A stretch of 64,000 bases of DNA from an uncultured Candidatus Saccharibacteria bacterium (GCA_964613715.1 CAZTJK010000001.1:9990-73989); one strand, 5' to 3'; shown: positions 28,401 through 39,964, counted from the stretch's first letter. Numbers and translations: made by a program. The notes: generated from the sequence alone by a model not told the origin.

Positions 28401-29100
28401 TGTGACCTCCGTCAAGGATTTCGGCAAGGAAAAGATCATTACCGTCATTCCGGATCTCGAAGATAAGGGCAAATCAAAGAAATCAGGCGAGATTGAATAT
28501 GTCTTCAATCCGAAGCGTGTCGCGTTCGTGAAATCCGGCGACAAAATCGTCAAAGGCCAACTCCTCACCGATGGCTCCGCCGATATCGATGAGATCTTCG
28601 AATACGCTGGACGCGACAAGGCGATGGAATACATCATCAGCGAAGTTTCCAAGCCGTACGAGCTCCAGGGTGCAGCAGTGGACCGCAAACACATCGAGAT
28701 CATCGTGAAGCAGATGTTCTCGAAAAAAGTGGTCACCGATCCGGGATCGTCGAATTATTGCAAAGGCGATATCATTGACGAACTCGACTTGGTACTTGAA
28801 AACAAGAAAATCAAGGAAACGAAGGGCGATACGCTTGCCGCAGAGCTCCTCGTCATGGGCATCACCGAGTCATCGCTCTCACGCCGCTCATTCTTGTCGG
28901 CTGCATCATTCCAGCACACAGTGCGCATCCTCATCAATGCAGCGATCCGCGGCACCAAGGATGATCTCAAAGGTCTCAAGGAAAACGTCATCATCGGCCG
29001 TATCATTCCGGCAGGCACCGGCTTCGCCAAGAGCAAGAAGCATGAAATGATTGAAGCGCTCCAGAAATCATACGCGGATACGAATACAATAGGCGAATAG
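25411..29100 (+). CDS. rpoC: RNA polymerase beta' subunit
   Basis: NADFDGD, zinc finger CYCGKY, LLGKRVDYSGRS. Confidence 0.99.
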   Translation: MNINTTKGKETKGEFNIVSLGLASPEIIAKWSFGEITKPETINYRTQRSERGGLFDEKIFGPDKDYECYCGKYRGIRYKGIVCEKCGVEITRSIVRRERMGHIELSSPVSHIWFLRGTPSRLGQVLGMSVADLEKVIYFAGYIITKMYPAEKERILKEIENEFKNKVKNVGDDKTKEALKEMALTAKKEVEGINEGKVLDEVAYHKFSMKYGAAFEAGIGGEVIYEILKKVNLHDLEKKIVAGLEKANAIDSEKLNKRLSLIRSLIASNERPEWMFLTKIPVIPPALRPMVPLDGGRFATSDVNDLYRRVINRNNRLLKLKEINAPDVILRNEKRILQEAVDALIDNNIRHGNTLFSALGNAAQKRPLKSLAENLKGKRGLFRSNLLGKRVDYSGRSVIVVGPELKLNECGLPKHMALELFRPFVISQLLKKELAYNIRGAGRLIDDGVPQVWAILEEVIKDKYVLLNRAPTLHRLGIQAFRPILIEGNAIQVHPLVCTAFNADFDGDQMAVHVPLSEEAQLEAHEIMASDKNIMKPGDGDPTISSKLLDIVLGCYWMTKIIEGEKGEGKYFQSANAAITAHDFGIVGFRTKIKVLPSDKPKYKQFNGELFETTVGRLLFNSVLPDNYPFVNKEIDKKAMVKIIDDLIIEHGPNKIGPIMDKIKNFGFKYATHSGVTWSLDDIKVPAKKESIIATARQKSIEVMSEFSEGLLSEEERIRLNIEIWQNAKGELEKIMPSTLDTNGSVYDMWKSGARGSLGSIVQMAGMKGLIQNVLGDTIEHPVINSYKEGLTPIEYFITTNGSRKGLTDTALNTAKAGYLTRRLFDVAQDIIITEADCGTKDGITIDRATGMETGSSIAKKIRGRILAEDCASADGKVAFKKGALLTKDDAQKIDDAAIEKIIIRSPLSCKTLHGICSKCYGMDLGKGMLIDLGEAVGTIAAQAIGEPGTQLTMRTFHAGGTASVGGDITQGLPRVDEIFEKRRPKNPAVVATVNGHVTSVKDFGKEKIITVIPDLEDKGKSKKSGEIEYVFNPKRVAFVKSGDKIVKGQLLTDGSADIDEIFEYAGRDKAMEYIISEVSKPYELQGAAVDRKHIEIIVKQMFSKKVVTDPGSSNYCKGDIIDELDLVLENKKIKETKGDTLAAELLVMGITESSLSRRSFLSAASFQHTVRILINAAIRGTKDDLKGLKENVIIGRIIPAGTGFAKSKKHEMIEALQKSYADTNTIGE

Positions 29101-29139
29101 AATACGGGCTCTGTTTGGACAGGTTTGATTCTCACAAGC

Positions 29140-30858
29140 ATGTCATCATCCGTAGAACAAATAAAAGAACGCTTGCGCATCGAGGACGTCATTGGCTCGT
29201 ATCTCAAGCTCGAACGGGCAGGCAATAGCCTCAAGGCGCGCTGCCCGTTCCACAACGAGAAGACACCGTCCTTTTTCGTCTCGCCTGATCGCGGCGGCTA
29301 CTATTGCTTCGGCTGCGGAGAGAAAGGGGATATGTTCACATTCGTAGAAAAATTCGAAGGTATCGATTTCTTGGGCGCTCTGAAGCTTCTCGCGGATCGC
29401 GCGGGAGTGACGCTCGAAAAATTCTCGGCAAAGACAAGCGACAAGAAAGAGCGCCTCTTTGCGCTGCTTGAAGCAACAACGGCCTTCCTGCAAAAAAATC
29501 TTGATGGGGAAGAGATTCCGCATAGCTATCTCACAAAACGCGGTCTCGTGGATGCAACGATCGCCGAGTGGCGTATCGGCTATGTCCGTGACGAATGGCG
29601 CTCGATATCCGACCATCTGAAGGCAAAAGGATTCACGGACGACGAAATAGAGCGTGCTGGCATCACGAAAACGGAAGGGAAAAATACCTATGACCGCTTT
29701 CGCGGCCGCATCATGTTTCCGATAGCTGATCCTGCCGGCCGCATCATCGCATTTTCCGGGCGTATATTGCCAGGGCTCGATGATGGCAAAGTCGGCAAAT
29801 ATCTCAACAGTCCGCAAACAGAGCTTTTCGACAAATCAAAAGTCCTCTATGGCTTTGATCGGGCAAAGCAATCCATCCGAAAATTTGATTATTCGATACT
29901 CGTGGAAGGGCAGATGGACTTGCTCATGGCCCATCAGGCGGGATTCACCAATACAGTCGCATCAAGTGGCACGGCGCTCACTGCAGAGCATCTTGCCCTC
30001 TTGAAGCGAATATCAAACCGCATCATCATGTCCTTCGATTCGGACAATGCCGGCGCAAAGGCGGCCGAGCGCGCATGGGCCTTGGCCCTTGCCGCAGGCA
30101 TGGATGTAAAGATCGCCGAGATACCGAAAGGATTCGATCCGGCCGATCTCATCCTGAAAGACAAGAATCTATTCAAAGAGGTGCTGAAAAACTCCGTGCA
30201 CCTTATCGATTTCCTGCTTGCACGCATTAGGGCGGAAATAAGCGATGCAAAAAAACTCTGGTCAGCAATCAAGACGACAGTATTGCCGTACATTTATCTG
30301 CTCGAATCGGATACTGATAAAAGCCGCTATGTGTCCCGCATTGCTGAGCTTGTCGGGACAAAGGAAGCATTCGTCTGGGATGATCTGAAAAAAGTGAAGC
30401 TTGATGACGAATTCCGATCCGTACAGAAAGAGGAGAACAAGGCAATCGAGCGGCAGATGGAAGAAGGAATGCTCAAACGCGGATCGATCGAACGGAGTCT
30501 GGCAAGCATTGCGGTCAAGGAAGGGAAGCATGAGCAACATATCCTGAAACGCATTCAAGCAGAAATCGGCAAAGGGGCATATGAAAAGTTCGAGCAGGAA
30601 ATGAAGGAAAAGGAACATGAGCTTGGATTCGAGGCAGAAGGGTACTACGGCAGCTTCTCCAAGCAGAAATTGGAACAGGAGATTGAGGGGCTCTTCCTCG
30701 GATTAAAAGAAGAAACATTAAATAAGGAACGAGGCGAGATAGCAAGCGAGATAGCACGAACGAAGGATGACGAGAAAAAGAAACATTTACTGGTGCGCAG
30801 CATGGATCTCTCGCGGCAGATAGAGCGGATCAAGGCGGACAAGAAGAAATTTTTATAA
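29140..30858 (+). CDS. dnaG: DNA primase
   Basis: [30 protein letters not shown]. Confidence 0.96.
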   Translation: MSSSVEQIKERLRIEDVIGSYLKLERAGNSLKARCPFHNEKTPSFFVSPDRGGYYCFGCGEKGDMFTFVEKFEGIDFLGALKLLADRAGVTLEKFSAKTSDKKERLFALLEATTAFLQKNLDGEEIPHSYLTKRGLVDATIAEWRIGYVRDEWRSISDHLKAKGFTDDEIERAGITKTEGKNTYDRFRGRIMFPIADPAGRIIAFSGRILPGLDDGKVGKYLNSPQTELFDKSKVLYGFDRAKQSIRKFDYSILVEGQMDLLMAHQAGFTNTVASSGTALTAEHLALLKRISNRIIMSFDSDNAGAKAAERAWALALAAGMDVKIAEIPKGFDPADLILKDKNLFKEVLKNSVHLIDFLLARIRAEISDAKKLWSAIKTTVLPYIYLLESDTDKSRYVSRIAELVGTKEAFVWDDLKKVKLDDEFRSVQKEENKAIERQMEEGMLKRGSIERSLASIAVKEGKHEQHILKRIQAEIGKGAYEKFEQEMKEKEHELGFEAEGYYGSFSKQKLEQEIEGLFLGLKEETLNKERGEIASEIARTKDDEKKKHLLVRSMDLSRQIERIKADKKKFL

Positions 30859-30881
30859 GCGATAAACATTACACAGGACAT

Positions 30882-32060
<1,179 letters not shown>

Positions 32061-32063
32061 CTG

Positions 32064-32087
32064 AAAGCCCGCTCAAAGCGGGCTTTT
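32064..32087 (+). terminator. intrinsic terminator
   Basis: AAAGCCCGCT-CAA-AGCGGGCTTTTT. Confidence 0.8.
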
Positions 32088-32111
32088 TGTATGCTAAAAT
32101 AACCGCTACTT

Positions 32112-34982
32112 ATGACCTTCGAGGAACGCTATAAAAGCCTCAATTTGAGCCAAAAACGGGCTGTAGACGCCATTGAGGGGCCAGTCATGGTCATTGCCGG
32201 TCCGGGCACGGGCAAAACAACTATATTGACTATGCGCATAGCCAATATCCTGAAGCGTACGGACACTCCGGCACATGGCATTCTTGCTATCACCTACACT
32301 TCTGCGGGTGTAAGAGCAATGCGCGAGAACCTGCGCACTATCATAGGCAGCCGAGCGGATGAAGTGGCAATACACACCTTCCATGATTTTGCTTCCGCGA
32401 TGATCGCCGAATATCAGGATCATTTCTTGCATTTGAAAGACATGCGTCTCATTTCGGATGTTGAACAAGAATCGCTCGTGCGTACGATTCTTCTCGACCC
32501 GGCATTCGCAGCGCTGCGACCAGCCGGAAGACCGGATACCTTCGTGGAAGGCATCTTACGCGCCATTGATAACGCCAAGCGCGATGCGCTCACGCCAGAT
32601 ATGGTCGTTGCATACGCGAAAAGCGAAATCGAACGGATCGAACACGATGAAGTATCGCGTTCGACAAGGGGAGCGAGCAAAGGAAAGCTCAAGGCCGAGG
32701 CTCTTGAAGCGATCGGAAAATGCGAGCGGACCCTGCTCTTTGCCAAGGTCTATGCTGAATACGAAAAGCGAAAATCTGCAGAACACATGATGGATTTCAA
32801 CGACCTTATCATGGAGTTCCTGCTCGCGCTCAAGCATGACGAGCTCTTCCTCCGGCTCATCCAGGAGCGCTTCCTCTATGTTCATGTCGACGAGCATCAG
32901 GATACAAACGACGCGCAGAATCTCATCATCGGCATGATCGCCGAATTCTTCGATGTGCCGAACATATTCATCGTCGGCGACGAGAAGCAGGCCATCTATC
33001 GTTTCCAGGGCGCATCAGTGGAAAATTTTATGCTCCTGCAGAAACGCTATCCCGCAATGCAGATCATATCCCTCGATACGAATTACCGATCGCATCAGGG
33101 GATTCTCGACACGAGCTTTTCCATGATTGAGCACAACTACGCCGAAGGAGAGCACACGGACCTGCGCATACCCCTAGCATCCGGCAAAAAAGAAGCAGCG
33201 GCCCCTATCGTGATCGCAATGGGAGAAAATACCGCTGCAGCGGATGCATATCTCGTAGAAGAATTGAAGCGCCTGAGAACAAGAGAGCCAGCTTCGACTA
33301 TTGCTATCATCACCAGACGGAACCGCGAGCTCGAACGGGTATTGCGGCTTTTGGAATCGAACGGTATCCCAGTATCTTCGGAACGGAGCATCGATATTTT
33401 CAAGCATCCCCTTGGCGTAGTATTCTTCGACCTTATCGAATACCTTGCCGATCCTGCGCGCACCGATGCACTAGGAAAAACGATGGCGGCAGGGCTCTGG
33501 CATTTGACGCTTGCAGAAACGGCGGAACTCTCGCGCCTGCTGCGAAGCGGCAAAGACGCCAACCTGGAAACGCGGCTCTCGGGCCTATCGAATATCCTGA
33601 AGCAGAAAGCGGCTGATGATCCGCTCGGCTTTCTTATCACTGCCTGCCGGGAATCAGGCTTTGCGGATATTGCATCGCGCGATCCTGCATATGTGTATGT
33701 TTGGCGGGGCATCATGACGCTTGCAGAATCGCTCGTACGCGATCGCGGACTCAAAAGCCCGATTACGCTCATGGAGGCCCTCTTGGAATATCGGCGTTCG
33801 GCTGAATCAAAAATGATAAAAGTATCTGTCGGCGCGCCTGATTTTCCAATACGAGCCATGACGGCTCATGGCAGCAAAGGCCTCGAGTTCGACTATGTAT
33901 TCCTCCCATACGCGACCGAGGAAGCGTGGGTGAGTAGGCCGCGCGGTGCTTATTTCGTATTGCCGAAAAAACAGGTCTCGCACGATGATATCCGCGATAC
34001 TCGGCGCCTCTTTTATGTAGCGCTGACCCGCGCACGGACTGGCCTGACGATACTCACTGCGAGAGAGGAATCTGACGGATCAGCACTTACGCCCCTGCGA
34101 TTCCTCGATGAGCTCGGCAGCAAGCATATATCTCATGCACGATTGCCGCGCCTTGAAACTGTGCTCCCGGCCTTGGAAATGCAAGATGCGAAAAAAAAAT
34201 CAGCCAATGCCCTTACAGATCTTGCCAAGCATGTGCTTCTCTCATCAGGCCTGTCGCCGACTGCACTCAATCATTTTCTCGAAAGCCCGCTCGTGTTCCT
34301 CCAGGAAAGTATCCTGAAGCTCCCACAAGCTCCATCCGTATCCGCAGAAAAGGGTAGGGCTATGCATTTCGCCCTTGAATCTGCTTGGCGCCTTGCAGAA
34401 AAGACCCCTGCAACGCTCGCGGCGACCATTCAGGAGAAGACCGCGGAATATCTTGATGAATCATTCCTGCCATCACGCGAAAAAGAAATAGTGAGGCAAG
34501 AGCTTGCTGAAAATGCGGTGGCGGTAGCACACGCTTTGATAGGCCATTTCAATACTGCCGGCCTCGCACGCAGCGAATATATGCTTGAATCAATATTCGA
34601 AGGGTCATATGAAGGAATGCCGGTGCGGATCCCGATACGCGGAAAGCTCGATCTTATCATCGACAACGGCAATGTGATTTCAATCTTCGATTATAAGACG
34701 CGGCAGGGAATGTCAGTCGCTGAAATAAAAGGCGAGACAAAAAGCTCGAACGGCGACTATTTCCGGCAGCTTGTATTCTACGCACTCCTTGCCGGCAATG
34801 AGTCGCGGTGGAAGATGAAACGAAAGGAGGTATCCCTGGTATTTGTTTCGCCCGACACGAAAGGCCGCTGCCCGGTAATAACGCTCGATATCCGCGAAAA
34901 AGACATGGAAAAGCTCCGCGCTGAAATCCAGTCACTGATCGACTGCGTCTGGGGCGGTTCGCTGCCGGAATCCCTGTTCTAG
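32112..34982 (+). CDS. UvrD/PcrA-like helicase with C-terminal PD-(D/E)XK nuclease
   Basis: AGPGTGKT, VDEHQD, QAIYRFQGA, SKGLEF, YVALTRA; GKLD..DYKT..QLVFY. Confidence 0.9.
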   Translation: MTFEERYKSLNLSQKRAVDAIEGPVMVIAGPGTGKTTILTMRIANILKRTDTPAHGILAITYTSAGVRAMRENLRTIIGSRADEVAIHTFHDFASAMIAEYQDHFLHLKDMRLISDVEQESLVRTILLDPAFAALRPAGRPDTFVEGILRAIDNAKRDALTPDMVVAYAKSEIERIEHDEVSRSTRGASKGKLKAEALEAIGKCERTLLFAKVYAEYEKRKSAEHMMDFNDLIMEFLLALKHDELFLRLIQERFLYVHVDEHQDTNDAQNLIIGMIAEFFDVPNIFIVGDEKQAIYRFQGASVENFMLLQKRYPAMQIISLDTNYRSHQGILDTSFSMIEHNYAEGEHTDLRIPLASGKKEAAAPIVIAMGENTAAADAYLVEELKRLRTREPASTIAIITRRNRELERVLRLLESNGIPVSSERSIDIFKHPLGVVFFDLIEYLADPARTDALGKTMAAGLWHLTLAETAELSRLLRSGKDANLETRLSGLSNILKQKAADDPLGFLITACRESGFADIASRDPAYVYVWRGIMTLAESLVRDRGLKSPITLMEALLEYRRSAESKMIKVSVGAPDFPIRAMTAHGSKGLEFDYVFLPYATEEAWVSRPRGAYFVLPKKQVSHDDIRDTRRLFYVALTRARTGLTILTAREESDGSALTPLRFLDELGSKHISHARLPRLETVLPALEMQDAKKKSANALTDLAKHVLLSSGLSPTALNHFLESPLVFLQESILKLPQAPSVSAEKGRAMHFALESAWRLAEKTPATLAATIQEKTAEYLDESFLPSREKEIVRQELAENAVAVAHALIGHFNTAGLARSEYMLESIFEGSYEGMPVRIPIRGKLDLIIDNGNVISIFDYKTRQGMSVAEIKGETKSSNGDYFRQLVFYALLAGNESRWKMKRKEVSLVFVSPDTKGRCPVITLDIREKDMEKLRAEIQSLIDCVWGGSLPESLF

Positions 34983-35780
34983 CTATTGCAGTACTGTATC
35001 GAGTATTTTTGTAACAATGCTCGACGGCAATGCGCCCGATAAAGCTACTGCGGCATTATTGGAAGACAAGAATACGTTCGCACCGAGACCATTCGTCGCG
35101 ATATAGGCTTTTAAGGAATCGGAGGTTGCTGACGAAAGGGGCGTCGTGAGAATCAAAAGACTGAATGGCGTTCCTTGTGCGCCGGCATTTTCCGCTTCGG
35201 CGATCTGGGACTGTATCTTATCTGCATATTTGCCGCTTGCAACACAGGTATTAAATGCAGTCACATCAAGACCGACGTCTTTTGCGATGACCGGTAGCTT
35301 TGCCGGGTCGAGCGTATTGTTCGATGTGGTCGTCGTGAAGACTTCATTGATATATTTCCAGAAAGCCTCATTGCCGCCAAGCTCTGCTGCGCATTCCGAT
35401 GCTTCCGCTTCCTTTTCAGCGCGCGAGTGAAGACTTGCGATCGGGAACTGGCGATACACCCATGCCACCTTGCCATTCTTGCCATACGTATTCATGATCG
35501 AATTGAGCGTGCTTTGAAAAACCTTGCAGTACGGGCATTCGAGATCAGAAAATTCGACGATCGTGACTGGCGCATTCGGGTTGCCGAGGATATGCTCTTT
35601 CGGGCTGACTGCAGCAAAGGTGATGTCAGCGGTCTTCACATCCGATGCGCTGCCCTGGGCCGGCGTATGTGTCCTGCCGGAAAGGTAGATCGCTCCGGCG
35701 ATGAAAAGCCCGGCAACGATGATGGCGCCTGGTATTGAGAGATTGCTTTTTGCTGCTGTTTGTCCTGTCGTCTGGTCCAT
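34983..35780 (-). CDS. DsbA/BdbD-like thioredoxin-fold oxidoreductase
   Basis: EFSDLECPYC, GTP cis-Pro loop, N-terminal TM. Confidence 0.88.
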   Translation of the reverse strand: MDQTTGQTAAKSNLSIPGAIIVAGLFIAGAIYLSGRTHTPAQGSASDVKTADITFAAVSPKEHILGNPNAPVTIVEFSDLECPYCKVFQSTLNSIMNTYGKNGKVAWVYRQFPIASLHSRAEKEAEASECAAELGGNEAFWKYINEVFTTTTSNNTLDPAKLPVIAKDVGLDVTAFNTCVASGKYADKIQSQIAEAENAGAQGTPFSLLILTTPLSSATSDSLKAYIATNGLGANVFLSSNNAAVALSGALPSSIVTKILDTVLQ

Positions 35781-35873
35781 GAGAATGCGTGATTATGCTG
35801 ATAACTTCAGGCAATTGTATCATGGGGAAATGGAGTTGCAAAAAAGGCCTTTTTCAGGTAGTATAAGCGGTCT

Positions 35874-36191
35874 ATGGAATTCGCAGTCATCAAAACGGGC
35901 GGCAAGCAGTATACGGTCTCCAAGGGCTCATCCATCAAGGTGGAAAAGCTTTCCGATACCGCAAAAGTCGGCGACAAGGTCACCTTTGACCAGGTGCTTC
36001 TCGTCGACGACGGCAAGAACGCCACTATCGGCACGCCGTATATCAAGGGTGCAAAAGTGGAGGCGAAAATCGAGGAAATTGGCCGCAACAAGAAAATCAT
36101 GGTCATGCATTACAAGCAGAAGAGCCGCTATTTCAAGAAAAATGGCCACCGCCAGCCATTCTTCAAGGTAAAGATCGACTCGATCAAATAA
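35874..36191 (+). CDS. rplU: 50S ribosomal protein L21
   Basis: FAVIKTGGKQY, GHRQPF. Confidence 0.96.
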   Translation: MEFAVIKTGGKQYTVSKGSSIKVEKLSDTAKVGDKVTFDQVLLVDDGKNATIGTPYIKGAKVEAKIEEIGRNKKIMVMHYKQKSRYFKKNGHRQPFFKVKIDSIK

Positions 36192-36197
36192 ATATCA

Positions 36198-36227
36198 AAA
36201 AGCCGCGCCCTTCGGGCGCGGCTTTTT
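36198..36227. terminator. bidirectional terminator
   Basis: AAAAGCCGCGCCC-TTC-GGGCGCGGCTTTTT. Confidence 0.85.
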
Positions 36228-36845
36228 CTATCCTCTATTCTTCAGCGCATTCTTGATCGTCTCCGGATCGGAATATTCAAGTTCTGTACCAGTTGAAAGG
36301 CCGCGGCCGAGCTCTGAAACTTTTATGGAATGCTTTACAAGCAGGGGAGTAAGCGCATTCTTCAGAAGTTCCGCGGTATATTCGCCTTCAGCATTCGCAT
36401 CAAGACCGAGAATGATCTCGGTCAATCCCGCGTCCGCGATTTTACCAGCAAAGGCCAGGAATTCCTTGAGCCTGATCCTTTGCTCTGGATTCTTATCGAG
36501 AATCGGCACGAGGCCGCCGAGCACAAAGTATCGTCCGTTCATCACATGGCTTTTCTCAATATTGTCGAGATCGATATCGCGTCCGACTACCATGAGCGTA
36601 CTGGTATCACGCGTACCATCTGCGCAGATAGTGCAGAGATTCTTCATGCCGCTGCTTTTGACGAAATATCTTCGGCATTCACCGCATGATGTAATGTCGG
36701 ATTTCAGCTCGCTGATTTCCTTCTTGAGCTCCTCGATATAGCTTGGGCTCTTGGTGATCAGGAAATACACGAAGCGGCGCGCCTGCTTCGGGCCGATACC
36801 GGGAAATTCTGAGAATATCTTGATGAGTTTGTCGATCGAGTTCAT
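36228..36845 (-). CDS. recR: recombination protein RecR
   Basis: PGIGPKQARR, C4 zinc finger, Toprim, GTELEY. Confidence 0.94.
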   Translation of the reverse strand: MNSIDKLIKIFSEFPGIGPKQARRFVYFLITKSPSYIEELKKEISELKSDITSCGECRRYFVKSSGMKNLCTICADGTRDTSTLMVVGRDIDLDNIEKSHVMNGRYFVLGGLVPILDKNPEQRIRLKEFLAFAGKIADAGLTEIILGLDANAEGEYTAELLKNALTPLLVKHSIKVSELGRGLSTGTELEYSDPETIKNALKNRG

Positions 36846-36847
36846 AG

Positions 36848-38227
36848 CTAGAATGCGCCGCTTGATTTGCCATAATCGCCATAATCGGCCTTGTCGAGTG
36901 TGGTGAAAGATGATTTGTCCTGGTCGAAATAAAGCTCGATCTTTCCAGTCGGGCCATTCCTATGCTTTTCGATGAGGATCTCCGCTATCTGCTTCTTGCC
37001 ACCGCCATCGTCATTCTGCTCACGATGGATGAACATGACCACGTCTGCATCCTGCTCGATAGAGCCGGAGTCGCGCAGGTCTGAGAGGCGCGGACGGCCA
37101 CCGCGTGACTCCACGGCACGCGAGAGCTGCGAAAGCGCGATGACCGGAATATCGAATTCCTTTGCAAGCTGCTTGAGCGAATGCGAGATTTCGGTGATCT
37201 GCTGTACGACATTGTCACCGCCCTTGGTCTGCACCGGCGCCATGAGCTGGAGATAGTCCACGATGATGAGGCCGAGATTTTTCTCATGCTTGAGGCGGCG
37301 CACGACGGAGCGCATCTTCAATATATTATTCGCAGCCTGATCATCGATAAAGAGCGGCGCTTTGGAAAGGGGATCCAGGGCCTCGGTGATGCGGCTGAAT
37401 TCCTCCTCAAGATTGAGCTTGCCGGTGCGTAATTTCCACGCATCGACGCGGCTTTCTGCGGCAAGCATACGATCCACAAGCTGCTGGGTCGACATTTCAA
37501 GCGAGAAAATCATTGTCGGGATATTGTGGCGGATCGCGGCATTGCGCGCTATATCGAGCGCAAGTGATGTCTTACCCATTGAAGGACGCGCGGCAAGGAT
37601 GACCAGATCGCTATTTTGCAAGCCCGAAAGCTTGAAATCAAGGTCCTTGAATCCGGTCGGCACGCCGCGGATTTCGTCTTTTGAATTATGTAAGCGATCG
37701 AGGCGCTCCATGGCGGTCGGAATGACCTGCTTCATTTCCACGTATTTGCCGGAAAGGGTTTTCGACGTCACGTCATAGAGCTTCTTCTCAGCGCGATCGA
37801 GGAGCTCTTCGAGCATTGCTTCTTCCTCATAGCCGAGGTTGCCGATATGCTCTGCTGCTTCGATAAGCTTGCGCATGACATATTTCTTTTGCACGATCGT
37901 CGCATAATGCTCGGCATTCGACGAAGAGGGGACGGAGTTGACGATTTCCGTCAGATAGCTGAGGCCGCCAATACGATCAAGATCGCCAGATTCCTTGAGT
38001 TTCGAGGAAAGGGTCAGGAGGTCGATCGGTTCCTGGCGTTGGTAAAGAGCCATCATCGCTCGGAAAATCGTGCGATGCTTCTCACTGTAAAACGCCTCTG
38101 GCACGAGCATGTCCATGATTTCCGGCAATGCCTCCGGACGCACCATGATAGAGCCGAGTAGGGCGATTTCGGAATCGATATTCTGCGGCGGGATCCTGAT
38201 TTGTATTTTCCGTGCTTCTGTCGCCAT
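36848..38227 (-). CDS. dnaB: replicative DNA helicase
   Basis: AARPSMGKT, VDYLQL, LSQLSR, DLRDSGSIEQDAD. Confidence 0.97.
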   Translation of the reverse strand: MATEARKIQIRIPPQNIDSEIALLGSIMVRPEALPEIMDMLVPEAFYSEKHRTIFRAMMALYQRQEPIDLLTLSSKLKESGDLDRIGGLSYLTEIVNSVPSSSNAEHYATIVQKKYVMRKLIEAAEHIGNLGYEEEAMLEELLDRAEKKLYDVTSKTLSGKYVEMKQVIPTAMERLDRLHNSKDEIRGVPTGFKDLDFKLSGLQNSDLVILAARPSMGKTSLALDIARNAAIRHNIPTMIFSLEMSTQQLVDRMLAAESRVDAWKLRTGKLNLEEEFSRITEALDPLSKAPLFIDDQAANNILKMRSVVRRLKHEKNLGLIIVDYLQLMAPVQTKGGDNVVQQITEISHSLKQLAKEFDIPVIALSQLSRAVESRGGRPRLSDLRDSGSIEQDADVVMFIHREQNDDGGGKKQIAEILIEKHRNGPTGKIELYFDQDKSSFTTLDKADYGDYGKSSGAF

Positions 38228-38312
38228 AGTTTTGATATTTCCATTCTAACAGCGCCATTTTCAGCCCGCAACGCGAAAGTTCCGCATAAGGTGTGGGGAA
38301 TGTGTGGAAATC

Positions 38313-38338
38313 AAAAAGCCCATCTTTCGATGGGCTTT
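38313..38338 (-). terminator. intrinsic terminator
   Basis: AAAGCCCATC-GAAA-GATGGGCTTTTT on the - strand. Confidence 0.8.
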
Positions 38339-38345
38339 ATCTGGA

Positions 38346-38462
38346 TTATGTATGGAGCTTTTGGCCCCAACGATGCGTGCGCGTCGCGCCAGCAATGCGC
38401 AACAGCTCCTTATTGATGCTGCTTTTCTTTTTCTTCCGCCTGCGATGCTTCCGTTTTCGCAT
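38346..38462 (-). CDS. putative 38-aa highly basic peptide MRKRKHRRRKKKKSSINKELLRIAGATRTHRWGQKLHT
   Basis: TTGACT-17-TATTCT promoter (38527-38499), AAAGGAG SD, terminator right after the stop. Confidence 0.55.
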   Translation of the reverse strand: MRKRKHRRRKKKKSSINKELLRIAGATRTHRWGQKLHT

Positions 38463-38523
38463 GCCGTGCTCCTTTGCACAAAAATATCCTCTAGAAAAAG
38501 AATAGGGAAAAACACAGCAAAAG

Positions 38524-39957
38524 TCAAAGCTTTCGTACCTCTTGCCCTTCTGTAGTATCTTTCACTTCAAAACCAAGTGATTGTATTTTATCTCGCAATT
38601 CGTCTGATTTTTTCCATTCTTTTGCAACACGTGCTGTCTTACGCTCATTGAGAAGCTTTTGCACGTCAGCCGGGATGTGGATTGGCATCTGCTTTTTTAT
38701 TGTGCCTAACTCAAGGCCAAGCACGAGATCAAAGTTCAACGCAGTAGCACGCTTATCAGCAGCCGACAGATTCGATTTCAGCATTTCATTCAGAATACCC
38801 ATCGCTTGCGGCATATTCAAATCATCGTTGATCGCTGCAAAAAACTTCTCCTTCCATTCAGCATTTACATGACCGTTTGCGCTTCCAAGATGGGTGATTT
38901 TTTCATAAAGATTTTCTAAACCATGTTTCGCAGCGGTCAAAATCTCCTCATTCCATTCCATCTGCTTACGATAATGAACCGAGAGCGCAGCAAAGCGGTA
39001 GGCGAGCGGGCTGATCCCTTTTTTCACAAATTCGCTCTCAACCGTGATGAAATCTCCTGCGCTTTTCGCCATCTTGCCGCCATCCTTCACGTTCAGGAAT
39101 TCGCCGTGGATCCAGAAATTCACCCATGGCTTTGTGCCGGTCGCTGCTTCCGTCTGGGCGATTTCGTTCGTATGGTGCACATTCACATGGTCAACGCCGC
39201 CGCAGTGCAGGTCGAAATGCTCGCCGAGATACTTGAGCGCCATCGCCGAGCATTCGATATGCCAGCCGGGAAAGCCGATGCCCCACGGGCTTTGCCACTC
39301 CATTTGCCGCTTTGCGCCAACGGCCGAGAATTTCCAGAGTGCGAAATCAGTGTGATTTTTCTTCTCATTATTCGCTTCCACGCGGGCGCCTTCTTTCAAG
39401 CTTTCGAGCTTCTGGCCGGAAAATTTTGCATAATCCGGGAATTTCGCCGTATCAAAATAGATGCCGTCTGATGTACGGTAGGTAAAGCCTTTCTTTTCGA
39501 GCTCTTCGATAAGGGCAATCTGCTCGTCGATGGTATCCGTTGCCTTGCAGACGATAGTCGGCCGCTCGATGTTCAAAAGCTCCTCATCCTTGAAAAAGGC
39601 CTTCGTATAAAAATCCGCGATCTGCCAGGCAGTCTTGCCCTCTTTTTTCGCTTCCATCTCCACCTTGTCCTCACCCATGTCACGATCATTCGTCATGTGG
39701 CCGACATCAGTGATATTCATCACATGGCGGACCTTGTAGCCATTGTATTCAAGCGTGCGGCGCAAGAGATCCTCGAATATATACGTGCGCATATTGCCAA
39801 GATGCGGATAGTTGTACACGGTCGGCCCACAGGTGTACATACCTGCCTTGCCAGGCTTTATCGGCACGAACAGCTCCTTTTTCCGCGATCGAGTATTATA
39901 GAGGAAGAGGGGAGCGGCGGGGCTCTTTCCAAATAGCGATAGAAGGGAAGAGAGCAT
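38524..39957 (-). CDS. cysS: cysteine--tRNA ligase
   Basis: YTCGPTVY, HLGN, PGWHIECSAM, KMAKS. Confidence 0.97.
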   Translation of the reverse strand: MLSSLLSLFGKSPAAPLFLYNTRSRKKELFVPIKPGKAGMYTCGPTVYNYPHLGNMRTYIFEDLLRRTLEYNGYKVRHVMNITDVGHMTNDRDMGEDKVEMEAKKEGKTAWQIADFYTKAFFKDEELLNIERPTIVCKATDTIDEQIALIEELEKKGFTYRTSDGIYFDTAKFPDYAKFSGQKLESLKEGARVEANNEKKNHTDFALWKFSAVGAKRQMEWQSPWGIGFPGWHIECSAMALKYLGEHFDLHCGGVDHVNVHHTNEIAQTEAATGTKPWVNFWIHGEFLNVKDGGKMAKSAGDFITVESEFVKKGISPLAYRFAALSVHYRKQMEWNEEILTAAKHGLENLYEKITHLGSANGHVNAEWKEKFFAAINDDLNMPQAMGILNEMLKSNLSAADKRATALNFDLVLGLELGTIKKQMPIHIPADVQKLLNERKTARVAKEWKKSDELRDKIQSLGFEVKDTTEGQEVRKL

Positions 39958-39964
39958 GGCAAAC

